64,000 nucleotides of DNA from Paramecium tetraurelia (lineage: Eukaryota), in the NCBI GenBank assembly GCA_000165425.1, contig CT867997.1, forward strand, positions 434,001-498,000, written 5' to 3'. Each line of letters starts with the position of its first letter. The stretch's first letter is position 1. The position numbers and the translations under genes were made by a program. Under the pieces are notes generated by a model. That model had not been told where the DNA came from. It ran no database searches and saw only the letters and a program-made list of their open reading frames with translations. This document shows positions 14,410 through 28,400 of this stretch, piece after piece.

Positions 14410-15339
14410 ATGAGTGATAATTAAAATAATAATTAAGAAATTGCAAATGAATATGTTGGTTATTATTATTATTTAATTTTGATTAAAAAATTAATGAACA
14501 ATCATTATGAACCATATGTTAGAAATAAACGAGATTTAAAAGTTCCATACATTTCATGCTAAGATTATACAAATTTAGAGTAGGCATCTAAATTGATACC
14601 TGCTTTGAAGTAAATAAATTAGAGTGAAAGACATTTGGCAGATGCTACTAATGCATATTCATACATACTTCGTAGTAACAATGATGATGATATTCATAAG
14701 GTAATAAATACAAATATTAGAAAATAGTCTATAAAATATGGAATTTGGACATCAAGCAAAGAAAACAATGAGAAGTTGAATGCAAAGTATTTGGAGGCTC
14801 AATAGGATGAAATTCCAGTTTATTTGTTTTTCAGCGTAGTTAGAAGTGGGCAATTTGTTGGAGTGGCCAAGTTGACATCTGGATATAAAGAGGAGAGCTT
14901 CCAATATTGGTGGGAGATAAAGAAATGGAAGGGACATTTCAACGTGTAATGGTTGTATGTAAAGGATGTGCCAAATAAACATTTTGAGCATCTGAGAAAC
15001 AGGTTAGAATTAATCATAACTGTGAATAGTGATAACGTAGAGGTGACTAGATCGAGAGATGGCGTATGTCTGAGTTGGGAAACTGGGAAGGAGATGATGA
15101 AAATATTTGAAGAATTTTCAGATAAAAAAAGCATTTTGAATGATTTCACAGTAATTGACGAGAGAGAATAAGCGTTGAGATAATACAAATATTAGATGCA
15201 GCAGTAACGCAATCAACAATAATACTATCCTTATTATCAATATCAATATTATGATTACCAATAATAATACCAATAGTATCCTCAAAAATATCAATAGTAG
15301 TAATATCAAAATTATTATTGGTAACAACCCTAGAAATGA
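14410..15339 (+). CDS. YTH-domain (m6A reader) protein with Q/Y-rich C-terminal tail
   Basis: ILRSNNDDDIHKSIKYGIWTSS...VYLFFSVVRSGQFVGVAKL...WKGHFNVQWLYVKDVPN...VTRSRDG. Confidence 0.93.
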
Positions 15340-15405
15340 TTTTATATAACATAGATTGTTAAAGTTTCACCATACACATTAAACAATAAAATTTATATAA
15401 ATAAA

Positions 15406-17492
15406 ATGAAAATGGAGAGAAGTCTCTATCTAAATGGCAAACCATTGATTAATCCTCCATTGACAATTGAAGAACAATTGAACGAGAGACTCGATAGAAC
15501 AGGATACAAAATTGATGATTTAAATAGATTGAATGAAAAACCAGTTTTACAAATAGTACTTATTTAATTTATGGACTAGATAGATCTTGATGGTCTTACT
15601 TCCGGTTACTTGAATAACAATCCAGTATTTTAAATGTTGAAACAGTAATTAATGAATTGGAATGAAAAGGTGACACTTCATAGAGCTGAACAAATCAAAT
15701 TATAAGATCCTTTAGTTTCTGACAATCTCTATAGATAACTCAAGAATTCCCTACTAGAAGTGGTTAGTACAAGGAACAAAATATAACAATAAGATTTCCT
15801 AAAAAAAGTATCTAACTGGTTCTTTTCTTAATTACCAAAATCTTAAACTGCTTCATTAAAATAATCTCTCCTAGAGAAAAAGGACTCGGTAATTAATTTA
15901 TCACTATTTAAGACTCTCCACTTTATTCCCAATATATACAATGAAAATTTGTATGCTTCTGTCATTGAAGATTATACTCTTAAATTTAGATCAGTTCATC
16001 CTGAATTTGATCCCCCTGAAGATAGGGTTAAAAGCTATCAAAGAAAAAACCTACTATCAGATACTAGTACTCGTCCTGGAACTACTCCAGGAGTCTTAGG
16101 AATTTCACAATTTACTAGACCTCAAACTTCTCAAACTTCTTACAAAATGATTGATTAAGTTGAAAAACTCTCGAGACCTAAAACCAATCAGTAACATTCA
16201 CTTCCCAAATAATAATAATCTTGGATGTATGACCCGACATTTCCAGTCTTCTAAACTAACGAAGATTAATAATCCAAGTCAACCAGAAGGTAAATTCAAA
16301 GAGAAGAGTCACCTCTGAAAGCAGATAAACCAACCGACAGAGATAAATTAGATTAAATAGAAGGAATCGAATAAGAACCAGATGAAGATGAAGATTAATC
16401 TCCGGATAAATTAGAGGAGTCAAACAAAAATTTGGCTTCTGACTAAGAAATTTAGCCAGCAAAAAAGAAAAAAAAAGAAAGACCTGATAAATATATTAGT
16501 ATTGCTCCTACAAATAAAACCTATAAGACTGATCTTGAGACATAAAATGCTTACTAAATTGGATAAAATAGTAGATTAGGAGAATTTTAAGGGACATTTC
16601 ATCAATATGACCCTACTCAAATTGAAGATAAAATGGTTGCGGCCAGACTTAATTAATATTATACTGAACAAAGAGTCAAAGACGTCAGAGAATAGAGAGA
16701 AGATATAGAGATGGTTTAATCAATGAAAAACTGGTCAACTAATAAAAGTAGAATTGATGAAATGGTACTTCAATCTGAATATGTAATATAAAAATTATCA
16801 TCTTTATTAGTTAACTGCCATGGGATCGCAATATCCAAATGTTGGAATTAAAATCTCGGAATTATATGAATCAAAAAAAATGGATTTGGCAGAAGAAAAA
16901 GCCTATGCAAATTATCTTAACAAATCTTCTTTACCAAAAGCTAGAATGGTATAAAGTGCTGTGCCTATGGCAAAGATAGTTTCAAACACTGTCATACCGA
17001 CATAAGTTGAGGAAGAGGCAGAAGATTTTTAAAGCAAATAAGCTGATCTTGAAAAATAAATTAATTCATAACGACTTCACTTGTTGAAAATGTCAAGAGG
17101 AGCCTGTCTGCCAGGTGGACTTATAAATAATCCTAATCAAGAAACTATTTAAAGTAACAGGGTTATGTCTTCTAGTTGTTTTAAGAGTGCTTAACCTAAA
17201 AGATAATTTAGTTCTGTTTTAAAAACACATAGTATTAAATAAGAATTAGATTCGCAAGTATTTAGATAGGTTTATTGAATTTATTTAGATTGGAGAAATA
17301 AAGCAAATAAAGAATAGATTAGCATCCGCTAATAAATTTGTTCCAATCAATATTCTTCAGAAATCTATTTTGATTCCTTAAGGACATACCAATCCTTATA
17401 AAGTTCCTCTTCCAAAACCAGGAATTCTCTTAGCAAACCTTCCAGTTGATACAAAATAAAGGAAAGGTAAAAAAAAGAAGACATAAAAATGA
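15406..17492 (+). CDS. Hypothetical protein with basic C-terminus
   Basis: Long code-6 frame with short introns, MKMERSLYLNGKP...PKPGILLANLPVDTKQRKGKKKKTQK*. Confidence 0.7.
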
Positions 17493-17649
17493 TTAAAAAT
17501 ATATTATGAATCTAAATGATATCTAGATTTTTATTAATTAGCTTGTGTAATCAAGACATAATTCTGAATTGATTATAGTTCTAAAATAGGATTAACATTA
17601 ATGAAGAATTTATAAGTATTCTATAATAAATTTAAAATTCATTTTCACA

Positions 17650-18123
17650 ATGTCTCAATCAGACAGCAAGCCCGGATCCAAAAACAAAAAGTCATTGTTA
17701 AGCCCTCTAAAATTGATGGCTGATCCAAACCTAAAATTAATAAACTTTTCTATTTAACATGAAGAATAAATTCTTAAAAAAACCATTTACTTGAATTCTA
17801 AAATAAAACTTATAGATGCTGTTTATGAAGTTCTTTAAGAAGTAGGAAAAGTGCATCCATTAGATAATAATCCAAATAATTATGCCATTTATATTTCTAA
17901 AAAGAATGGGCTACCAAAATTGGATTTTCCATCCTATTAGAAGGACATTATATTAGAAGAAACCGGAAATAGTAACTTTTCTTTGGTTCATATTACATTA
18001 TAAAATACAAACTCGCCTGAAAATAGCACTCATAATAGTCAAGAGAATGAAGGAAAGTAAAATGATGGCAAACAAAAAAAGAAGCTTAAGAATTGGTTTC
18101 TTAATCTTCTAGGATGTAGCTGA
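17650..18123 (+). CDS. Small protein with a Sin1/Avo1 CRIM-like domain
   Basis: Intronless 157-aa frame containing NYAIYISKKNGLPKLDFPSYQKDIILEETGNSNFSLV and ending KKKLKNWFLNLLGCS*. Confidence 0.6.
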
Positions 18124-18613
18124 TTTTAATCGGTTTATTTTATATACTACTTTACAAATATATTATATTTATTATGATTATATTCTCTTTTATAAATTAC
18201 GATAAAAGTTTGTTTTAATAAAATGATAATAAATCTCATAAAAGTGACTAGGTGAAAAACATAGGGTTTCAAATTGAAAACTGAGATAAGTTTAATACAA
18301 ATTAATCCTCGCTTTAATTTTGATAGATCTTCATCATAATATTTAAAAATTGTATTGAAAATAAATACAGACAAATTTTTAATATTTATTATAAACTCAA
18401 TTAATACACTTGAGTATAATGATCTACACTTTAATTTAAAACAGAAGGCGCATGGTATTGAATTAAGATGATTATAAATATTAAAAATTTACATTAATTC
18501 TAAAATCATATATAAATAGATAATTTTACAATTAATTTTAATGCATTTACTCAAATTTTATAAGGATTTAATGGTTATTAAATTTGGATAAATGAGTTAT
18601 AATTCTCAATAAT

Positions 18614-19930
18614 ATGTATTCAAAATTTCTCTACACAAGAAGACTTGAACAAAAGACTTACGTAGATCATTATTTGAAATATCTCATTCCAATTTCAAAT
18701 TATAAGGTAGTGTGTTTCTTTCAATCTAATACCGAAGAAGCTGGAGAATATGAAGTTTACGAAATCAGGAAAACAGCGCCGATAGTTAAGAAATAAATGA
18801 AAGAAATAGTAATAATGAGCGAACCATTTGAATATTCAGATAGAGAAATAGGATTTTTCAATACTGAAACATTATCTTTATGGATACTTGACTTTATGGA
18901 TTCTAAAATAACCAATACAGAGGTAACCTTACCTAGTTAAAGATTAAACAACTTTTTTACTCCAGAATTTCTAAACATTAATAAAGTTGTTTATGTGGAT
19001 CAATGTTTAAGGTACAAATACTTTTAAGGGATCTAAAGTTTTATTACTTTAGAATAATTTTATGTTTTTGCAAGTGAAGATGCCACTTGTAATGAAAATA
19101 ACTTTATAAGTTGGAATGTAATTGAAAACAAAAAGATAGACGAATGCTAGATTAATGAGTCAAACTACCTTGTTTTTGAAGAGTTACAAAAACAAAAGAT
19201 TATCTTAATCTGTAAATAGGTGTATTTGGATGAGGATTTCACTTTTAGTTTATGGATACCCGGAAGCAATCTATATAAGTTCATTAATGTGAAATAGGCT
19301 TTGAATGCAACCATTCTGAAACCTTTTGATAACCAAAATAAAATTATAATCAAAGAAGAATAACCGGATGCATCATTTATCAGCAAGAAAATTATGATAA
19401 CTGCAAATCCAAATCACTAGGCTCATCCTATTTTTATTAATATTGAATGTGATTAAGACCTCAATCTAAAAGACTTTAATTACGCTCCTTATTAAATCGA
19501 CTCAAAAGGATGCATCTTGATAGAAAGTCCATGGCTGGTAGGAAATGAATTAATAGTATCTTACTATACTCACACCAATATCACAATTGCTGTATGCGAC
19601 ATTAATAAGCAATTAGAACCCTGTAAGTTGATCAATTTTAAATAAGAGTAAAGGGTTTCGAATTTCTATTTTTCTCAAAGTCCAAAACACTTTATTGAAC
19701 TATTTGATGATGCAACCAAAAATAAAGTTGAGGAAGAAATTATATTACCAAATCAAACTCAGGAAGTAACACAATATTATCACCATTCCTTTGTTCCTAA
19801 CCAAATTCATTTCTTTCATTACTTGATATAAAAAGGGATTTATAATTAAATTGGAGATTTGTGCATGGAAGTAATGCAGTTTGCATTTTCTAGTCCAATC
19901 AAGAAGGAAAAAGTAGAACATTAGAATTGA
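18614..19930 (+). CDS. Hypothetical protein (438 aa, intronless, beta-rich)
   Basis: Continuous code-6 frame from MYSKFLYTRR to KEKVEHQN*. Confidence 0.7.
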
Positions 19931-20351
19931 TTAATAATAAATATATGTGTTTACAATTTATTTTTATCTGTTATAAAACAATCAGAAATTATTCTATTTA
20001 ATAAATTATGTGAACTAGAAGATCAAGGCATCAATCCTATATTATAAAGGTTAAAAATGAAGAAAAAGTCACAGATTTATTATGAAAAATTTTATCAATA
20101 TGACTAATAACTTCAATAAGGTAAAAGATACAAATTACAAATGAAGTTGAGAGGGCATTGGGTGGTTAGTTTATGTGCAATAGTTATTAAATTATGTATT
20201 AATATTTCAATTTCAAGGAACTTAAAAATTATCTGTCAGTATTTACTGCAGGTTTTTTTTGAATTGCATAAACTAATTAGAAAAATTTTAGAAAAATTCA
20301 AAACTTAATAAACTAAAATAATTGATACTTCTTTATAAAATAACATTCATT

Positions 20352-20729
20352 ATGGGAAATCATTGTATAGCAGAGGTAATAATTGAGGAAGATGATGAAG
20401 TATTTGCAAAATCAAGTATTTAAGCAAGTAATTTGAATCATTTTTTTTCACAAAAATATAAAATGGAGGCTGATGAAGATTATCTTTAAAACTTAATTGA
20501 TTAAATTGAGCCAGGTTTTAGTGTTTAATTTGAAATGATAAAAAGAAAGAAAAGAATCAGGGGCGGCTCAAATTTTGAATCAGTAATTTATAATAAAGAT
20601 AACACCCTAAAAAAACTTAAACCTTCGCTAAAATAAATATCTCATAATAGCATTTTTATGAGAGAGCATAGTAATAAAACAGTGCGATGGGAAAGTTAAT
20701 GTTATTCATCTGATTCTTTCAAATAATGA
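20352..20729 (+). CDS. Small, putatively N-acylated protein
   Basis: 125-aa frame beginning MGNHC, with KTVRW near the C-terminus. Confidence 0.6.
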
Positions 20730-20991
20730 ATTGTATATTTTATATTAACATTTATATTGAAAGCTAATTAAACTTATCAAAAAGGATTACCAACCTAAGT
20801 ACTTTTGATACTAAATATTATCATATTTATTTACTAAATAATTAACTATAAAAACAACCAGCTTCTTGTTTCTATTACTTCTTATCTGAATAACTAAATT
20901 GATCGATTTAATAGAATAAGCCACGAGGTACTTAATAAATATATAAGCAACTAAATATTAATTAATTTAATGATTAAAGTTATTTGAAACA

Positions 20992-22539
20992 TCATTTATA
21001 CAAGATGGACCTCCCTTTTAAATTTATGTCTAATCTTCTTTCCTTCTGATTCTATTGGGAAAGGTTAATTAAAACTTACTAAAATGGTGACTTTTTTCTG
21101 CTTAATTATTTTTCATCCTTCCATAACCTTGGAGTACATAATTTACTATTTGTTGGTGAAACTTATTTGCTCTAACTTAGTACTTCCGTTGATGTTCTAA
21201 ATATGGAATATTCAGATTTAAGATTATTACATCTGGTTTCACATTCAGGTGAATTTTTTTCTATGCTCTGAGATCTTTTCTTAAATTATCCAGATAAGAG
21301 TTTGAATTTTTATAATTCTTATATAATTGATATTGGAAGTCTATCAGGATTATTTCCATATTTATTTTTATCGTTCATCTATTATTAGCTAAATAATTAT
21401 TCCCTATAATTTTGATTAATTTTATTTAAATTCAAATTTAAATAAGGTTTGTGAATAAAGTTCTTCTGATTCGAAGGAGATTAATTTAATTTTAATTATA
21501 GAGATTTCATATTGTGTAAACTCTTGAAATCAGAATTTAATTAGGTTGAAAATTTATCTATCTTAAATGTTGGTTAAAAGCTGATTGAGTTTTAAAGATT
21601 TATTTTAGAACTTTCTATACTTTTATTTAACTATAACAAAGTATTTGTCTATTTCTTTTTCTCCGATTTCAATTTTTATAATTGAGGTAAATCCTTGCCA
21701 TTTAAGTCTTGGGATTAAGTTATAAAAATTACATGAACTTTTGGAAGATTTATATTTATTTTAGTAGGTTTTAGTGAAATCAATTTCTTTTTTGGTAAAA
21801 TTTTACTCTTCTTATGAATTGATATTTGTTTAAGTTTGATTGTTAAAATTTTGCATCTAAATTTAATTTAATTCCAGCAAGGTCAAATATTTTTAGAATT
21901 TTTCAAATGTTGTTTGTTAAGCTTCCTATTAGATAATCTTATTAATACCTAGATGGATTTTTGTAATTCATCTCTACTAATTAGATAATTTAAATAGCTT
22001 ATCATTTCATTAAATTGAAATGGAATATAACCATGGTTACTTTAAGATTCATTTTAATCCTATTCTCTAATTTGTTTGATGATATTATAGAACACTATAT
22101 AGATTAACTTTCCTTACATTTGGATGCTTATTCATCAAATACGGAATTCTTGAATTCATTCCAGTTCAATGCATCTATTAATCATATAATAATGATACTA
22201 TCTTTATCTTTGTCTACCACTTTAAAGAAATGTTGAAGTTATTATTCTGTAACTTTAAATCCGTATTTTTAAAACATATCATACATTTCAGTGATGTCAA
22301 GGTTATCTTAATTTACTAATTACATAATACTTGAATTGTCTCTATCAAAATTTTAAAATATCTTTTGAATCTCTTACTCTTGCTTAATTTATTCAGGAAA
22401 TAGGAGGTATGATTTTTTCACTTTGTTACAATGCCTTTTTTTAAGTAATTTCATACCTACTCTTAAACCATGAATTTACATTACTTGCATGCAGTGGGGA
22501 TCTGGGAGATGTCTATTAATGATCATTGAGTGGATTCAT
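20992..22539 (-). CDS. EF-hand protein
   Basis: IFQNFDRDNSNNLDITEMYDMF and FFKVVDKDKDNALNWNEF form an EF-hand pair, followed by a long low-complexity tail. Confidence 0.8.
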
Positions 22540-22550
22540 TATTAATTAAA

Positions 22551-22940
22551 ATGATTTTTATTATTTTGATAATTCTCTTTCTCATAATTACATTTTTAGT
22601 TGTTTTTGTAAAAAGGCATAGAAGGAGATAGCAGATTCCTTAATCTTAGATGCCAATCTAATTGGAAGAAAATAAAGAGGATATCAAAGAGAAGGCAGAA
22701 ATAGAAGCAATAACCATTACAAAATAAAGCTCTAGTAAAACTGATGGGAATGAATAAAATAATCATAGAGAACATTTAATTGATGAATAAGCCTTTTAAT
22801 TTGGTGAGGATAGTGATAATGAAAAAGATGAAGAGAGAAACTCTTCTGGCAATTAATCATCGGATCATAAATAGAATCATGTATTCTAATTCTAGGAGGG
22901 CGAATAAAAGTTGGATGAATTAATTGAACCAGAAAATTGA
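22551..22940 (+). CDS. Small single-pass membrane protein with acidic tail
   Basis: MIFIILIILFLIITFLVVFV-KRHRRR (signal anchor plus positive-inside cluster), then an E/D/Q-rich tail; 129 aa. Confidence 0.75.
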
Positions 22941-23048
22941 GTGATGTCAAAAGAGTGGAATTTAAATTTGATTTCATTTATTTTTATATATTGTCTTAAA
23001 TGAATAAAAGTCTAATTATTCTAATTAATTCAATTAATTTAATTAGCA

Positions 23049-25354
23049 TCACTTTCTTCCTCATCAAAATCTTGGTTCTCCTCATCTCTTATATAAACTC
23101 TTTTCTGCCACTGTCTAACATCCTTACTGAGAATAAATTCTTTAAATAAATCGTAATTTCCACTATTTAGATGGATATAAGGATAAATTTTAAAAAATGT
23201 AATTATTATGTTATCAGCTGGTCTATTCTTTTAACTATAATTTATTAATAGAGGAACCCTAGAACCCTTATCTTTTAATCTTTAGAAAAACCTGACCAAA
23301 TTTATATATTCATTTTGACGCTCTTCCTTTCTTAAATAGAGTGGTTAATTATTTTAGGTCTAATCCATTGGCTCTAAATCTAAGATAATTCTAAAATACA
23401 CTTGAGACTTAAAAAGTAATTAAGGCTTTATTTAAAACAAGAAACTAACAAACTATGATAAATCAGATATATTCTAAAACTATTACAATTTCACTTATTT
23501 CTAACCAAATAAATGTATTAAATTACTTGAATACACTCCTAAATAATTTATTAATACTAAATTAAATCTTTAATATTTAAATTAAGCCAGGCCACTAATT
23601 TTCCATTTTCTAATTTATTCTACTCATGATCACTTAAGTAATTCTTTTAAAATTTATCCAACTTTTTTATATTTTGATGAATATTTTCTAAATTCTGAAT
23701 TGCAGATGGAGATCGTATATCGAATTCAAAGTCACTAGCTGATTAGATTGATATAGAAGTAAAGCTTAGAATCATTAGAAAAACGTAAATTCGACAAACC
23801 TCAACATATTTTATTAATATTTACCATAAATAGAACTACTAATAGGGCATTTGTTATTTGACCAGTGTTCATGGCACCTCTTTCCCACTCATTTTCTTAG
23901 GTTGGAATAGACCAAATTATCATGCAATAAAGTGAACTAGCATATGAGTCATAACTCTCAAAGTTTTTGCGAAATGCTATATAAAAGGCTAGAGACCAAG
24001 TCACATATTGTGCAACTCGAATGAAAAACATTTTTAAAAAATGAATTGTAGTTCTGTATATTAAATTAATAAATTTAACTATCAATTCAGTTCCATTTAA
24101 ATAGCTTAATATCCAAAATACGTTAAATGGGATGAACAATAAGACAAATGCCAAAAAAATGATTCGTATTTGTTAAATTTAATATGTAGCATCTAACAAG
24201 ATGTAATTATGACAAGTGGAGAGCATTGGGAATCCATTGTTCCAAATACTAACTGCTTTGTTTTACAAACAATTTTAATCATTCAAAGCTTCTTGGATAT
24301 CGCTATTTAAAACAGCAGACTCAAGTGTACATATAACTGAAAAGGCTGATTCTAAAATAGAGACCAAAAACACTAACAATTAAGTAGCTCTTGGATCTAT
24401 TGACCCTTCAAATATTATTTTCATGATAAAAAAGAAATTAAACACAATTAAAATGATTGAAAAAGAATACCATGTTGAGGAGTTCATCGAATTAGTATTT
24501 ATTTAATTAATTTAATACTCAAAAGTTTATTCTTTAGTTTCATGAAATTATTGAACAAAAGTATTCTAATAGATTACATTATTATATTTATTAATCCTAT
24601 TAAACTAAACAACAATAGCAATTGTATTATTTGTAATCCAATCATTCCGTATTAATTTATCAATCATTTCTTCCATTTCTGAACGATCATTGAATTTGAT
24701 ATCAGCAATAAATGCACTATTCGGATATGTCCCAAATTGTCTGGTCTTTATTTAATTTTCTGAATATTTCTTTAGAATCCCCTCATAACTATTTTTGAAT
24801 ACATCTCTCAATGAAAATTCAATGCAGTCTGTTGAATATAAACATAGTTTTGTGCTGTTGCATATAAATAATGAGGGTTATAACGATGAAAGAGTATCAC
24901 TATCCGCAGGATTACAATTGCTCGACAAACTATCAATAAACTTTTATTATTCTGAAATATCAGTTTCTAATTTAGACACATCATAATGACAATCCACTGA
25001 ATAAGCTATTTAATATTAGACTAATCTAAATCCAGATAAGAGTATTTCAAATTCATTGGGATCAACAAATAACTCCCAAAAATTCTCTTTTAAAACATGT
25101 AAACTAGCATTTTGCAATTTGTCCTTATAAAATTAATGAGATATCAATTTCTAATTTAATCTATCTAATGATGATTTTTATTAATCCTGAGATATTATTT
25201 GATATTGAATATTGTTGCTTAAATCATTAAGGGTATCTAAATATAACAGAATCAAAATTGAGATAATCCGAATAAGTAAGGTAAGTATTTCTGCTTGCGG
25301 AGACACCAGAATTGTCTTAATTGCTCTATATGCTCTTTTAGAAAATAGTGACAT
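23049..25354 (-). CDS. Polycystin-2/TRP-like multi-pass cation channel
   Basis: First TM (AEILTLLIRIISILILLYL), a large loop containing LSGFRLVQY, then further TMs and a pore-like FESYDSYASSLYCMIIW segment; 25-nt intron at 23800-23824. Confidence 0.6.
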
Positions 25355-25406
25355 CCAAACTTTTGATTATTAAATAAAATATCATTGTTAATTATAAAGT
25401 TTAAAA

Positions 25407-28400
25407 TCATTCCAGATGTACAACTGTTTCCTTATTTTTGCCTATGATAATGGATTAATTCTTTAAAAAGGCAGCGTTACTCAATATTTTGCTTTCTCTT
25501 ATCAATGTAATATATTATTTTTTTTCCCCATCGCCTGAAAATACTTTATATAAGCATCCATCAGATTCTTCTACGATTATTGAAAACTGGAACTCATCAT
25601 TATTTATAATAACGGTATTTACTTTGGCAAGATTAACCTACTTCCTTGAATTGTATTCTATTGATTTAAATTAGAATTCCCTATTGCTTTCTTCTGCCTC
25701 CATTTCATCACTTTTTTGATTGCAATCCTTTAAGATCAAATACTTGATTTCTAATTAATATTTATTATTTGATTCGCTTTTTACATTGCAATAACTATAA
25801 AATAGCAACAAATCCCCATTTTATAAATTTGCTACTATTGTGGGTATTTACATATTCACTTAAAATGAAACTTATTTGGATCTAGTAATTGGTGATTATT
25901 AGAACTACAGAGGTTCTTTCTCCCAAGAATTGAACTTATATCTTAAAATGTAATCCCATTTTGTTTTTCTTATCTACTTTATTGAAATCTCATAAATGGT
26001 AGTACTTGTGCACACAACTAAATATGGGCATCTTTATCCTTGCTCGTTTTACCATTTCACTTCAAGCCCAATCAAACAAAAATCTTCTTTAAGTTCAGCA
26101 ATTCTAAAGATTTGATTCATCGGAACCTTTGTAATTGCATCTTCAGTTGAATCCTTTACATCTTATAGATTTATCCAAGCACTATTGTATGGATTTAATT
26201 TTTACCTTTCATATAAATCTAAGTAGATCTTATCTTGATGATTTATCTTTCGAACAATCCAAAGCTGCTCATTCTCCAAATCATTCAAAATTACTTCATC
26301 AAAATCTAAATTGTCTTCTTTATCCTATTGGTCTTCAAAGATAAACTTCCTTGTCTTCGGTTTTGGCTTCTCTTAAAAATATAATAAATATAAGTTCTGC
26401 ACTCCATTGTAATGAAATATGTATTAATTGTTCCTATCCTCCAACCACTAATTTAAAAAACTATATTTACATTAGCATAAAGACATGCATTTCTTAGACT
26501 ATTAGATTTTTCTACTTATTCTATTACAAAGTAAAAACTTTCCTCTTGAATATCAAGTATCTATTTCGTTTTGTTATCCTCTATTACCTGTTTTGCAGGG
26601 TCATATGTAAATCGGAACTTATGAGCTTATAATTAAACTTATTTTGATAACTATTTCAAATTAATACTATCCTCTTCATCTACTATTTTTACCTTATCAT
26701 ATATCAATTCTTAGACCACCACAATAAAGTCAATTTTCTTTTTACTTTATTCAATTATCTTTTTATTTAACTGATTAGATCTAAACAATTTCTTTTTCTT
26801 TTGGTAAAAATCAAATTGATTCTGATTTTAAATCTTACAGTTATCAAATTGCAAATTTTATTCATATCCAAATATTGACATCCTCTATATTTATGATTAG
26901 AATTAGCCTGCTTAATACTTGGTTTATCCTTCAAAATATAAGAATGATTAATCATTGATTTTCTAAGTAAGACAGTTCTCATAGCATTTTAATTTACCTA
27001 TATTTTCTGTAACTTTTAATTTATTCTTTTAATTTTCATCTATTTCCACAGTTACTGCATATGCACCAAGATTAAATTCATATTCGGATTACCTGCTTTA
27101 TTATTCATGCTCTTTCTAGGGTATGTATGATTCATAAGTTCCCCCTATTAGTATGAATTGATTATCCTTTATTGGACTAATTGTAAAATTTGTTAATTAA
27201 TCCAACCCATCTTTCTGATTTTCGATATTATGATAAAAGTCGGGAGCTTTTTCATATCTTAAATTGTATTTCTTGTATTAAACATAATATTTAAAACCAG
27301 ATGTTCTTTTTCTTTCCTTTAAATTTGATACTACTTTTTAAAATGATACATTAAATTAACAAAAATAGTCACCTTATAACAAATATGAGCTTTTTAATCC
27401 TTTATTGAATTTTTCAAAATATTTATATTCTTCCAAATAGATTGAATCTTCGATTTATTTTTCTTAATCTATTTTATATGCTTTATATTAATAAAATAGC
27501 TTATCATCTTTTACAATACAAATGATAAAGGATTTATTATCTTAATTGTAATAAATGAAATGCTCAACTTCAAAAATTCTTATAGGTTATTTTGAATATC
27601 TCTCATATAACTTTGTTAATTCTATTTAGTTTCTGCTATTCAAAATTCCGAATAGATTGTATTCTAGATCTTAGGTTTAATTGCTATCTTATGCTTCAAT
27701 AACTTATGTACTCAATTCTGTCGGTAACATTTGCTTCTAGTATTCAATTTCCATTTACTCATTTTATTGAAAAAAATTTTGTCGAACCTTCAAGGCTAAG
27801 TATTACCTAAGGAAGAACTGTTCCTCCTTTTAAGTTTACGAAAAATATGTGCTATACTCTTTATACTTTTAAGCAGAGATATCTTCGCATTAATAATGAG
27901 TTTTGTTTTTTCTCTTAAATTTGTAGTCAAAGTATGAATTGCTTATTAAGAGAGTTTACTTTAAATATTTTTCAAAGCTTTCTGAAGTGTATGATGTGAG
28001 TATTGGAATGATTATGAGACAGTTTTATGAGATTTTCTCTAATTAAGAAATTAATTTTTAAAAGAAATACGTTTCGAAATCAAAGCTATCATTAATTTCT
28101 ATCAATAATACTATCAATTTTGGTTAGTACTTTCGAATTTTCATTTTTAAAAAGTACCTGTAAAGATGTAAAATTTCATTTGTAATTTTTTTGTTCCCAA
28201 GGTTTAGTTTCATATAATATTGATCTTATAAGACCAAGCTTTTAAGATCCTATTTAAGTTTATAATTAAATGATTATGAATCCTACAGCATTATTGAAAA
28301 ATTTTAAAGAGAATTAGTCTCAAAATCTTAGAAAACATCTGGTATATGATACTCTTAAGTAATTCCAATATAAGTTATTTTCAAATTATTAATCTTTTTT

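Noticed and set aside
25354..25500. In-frame TGAs upstream of the channel gene as possible readthrough or Sec codons
   Set aside because: There are three TGAs in that frame, no redox motif and no SECIS seen; a boundary between two genes explains it better.
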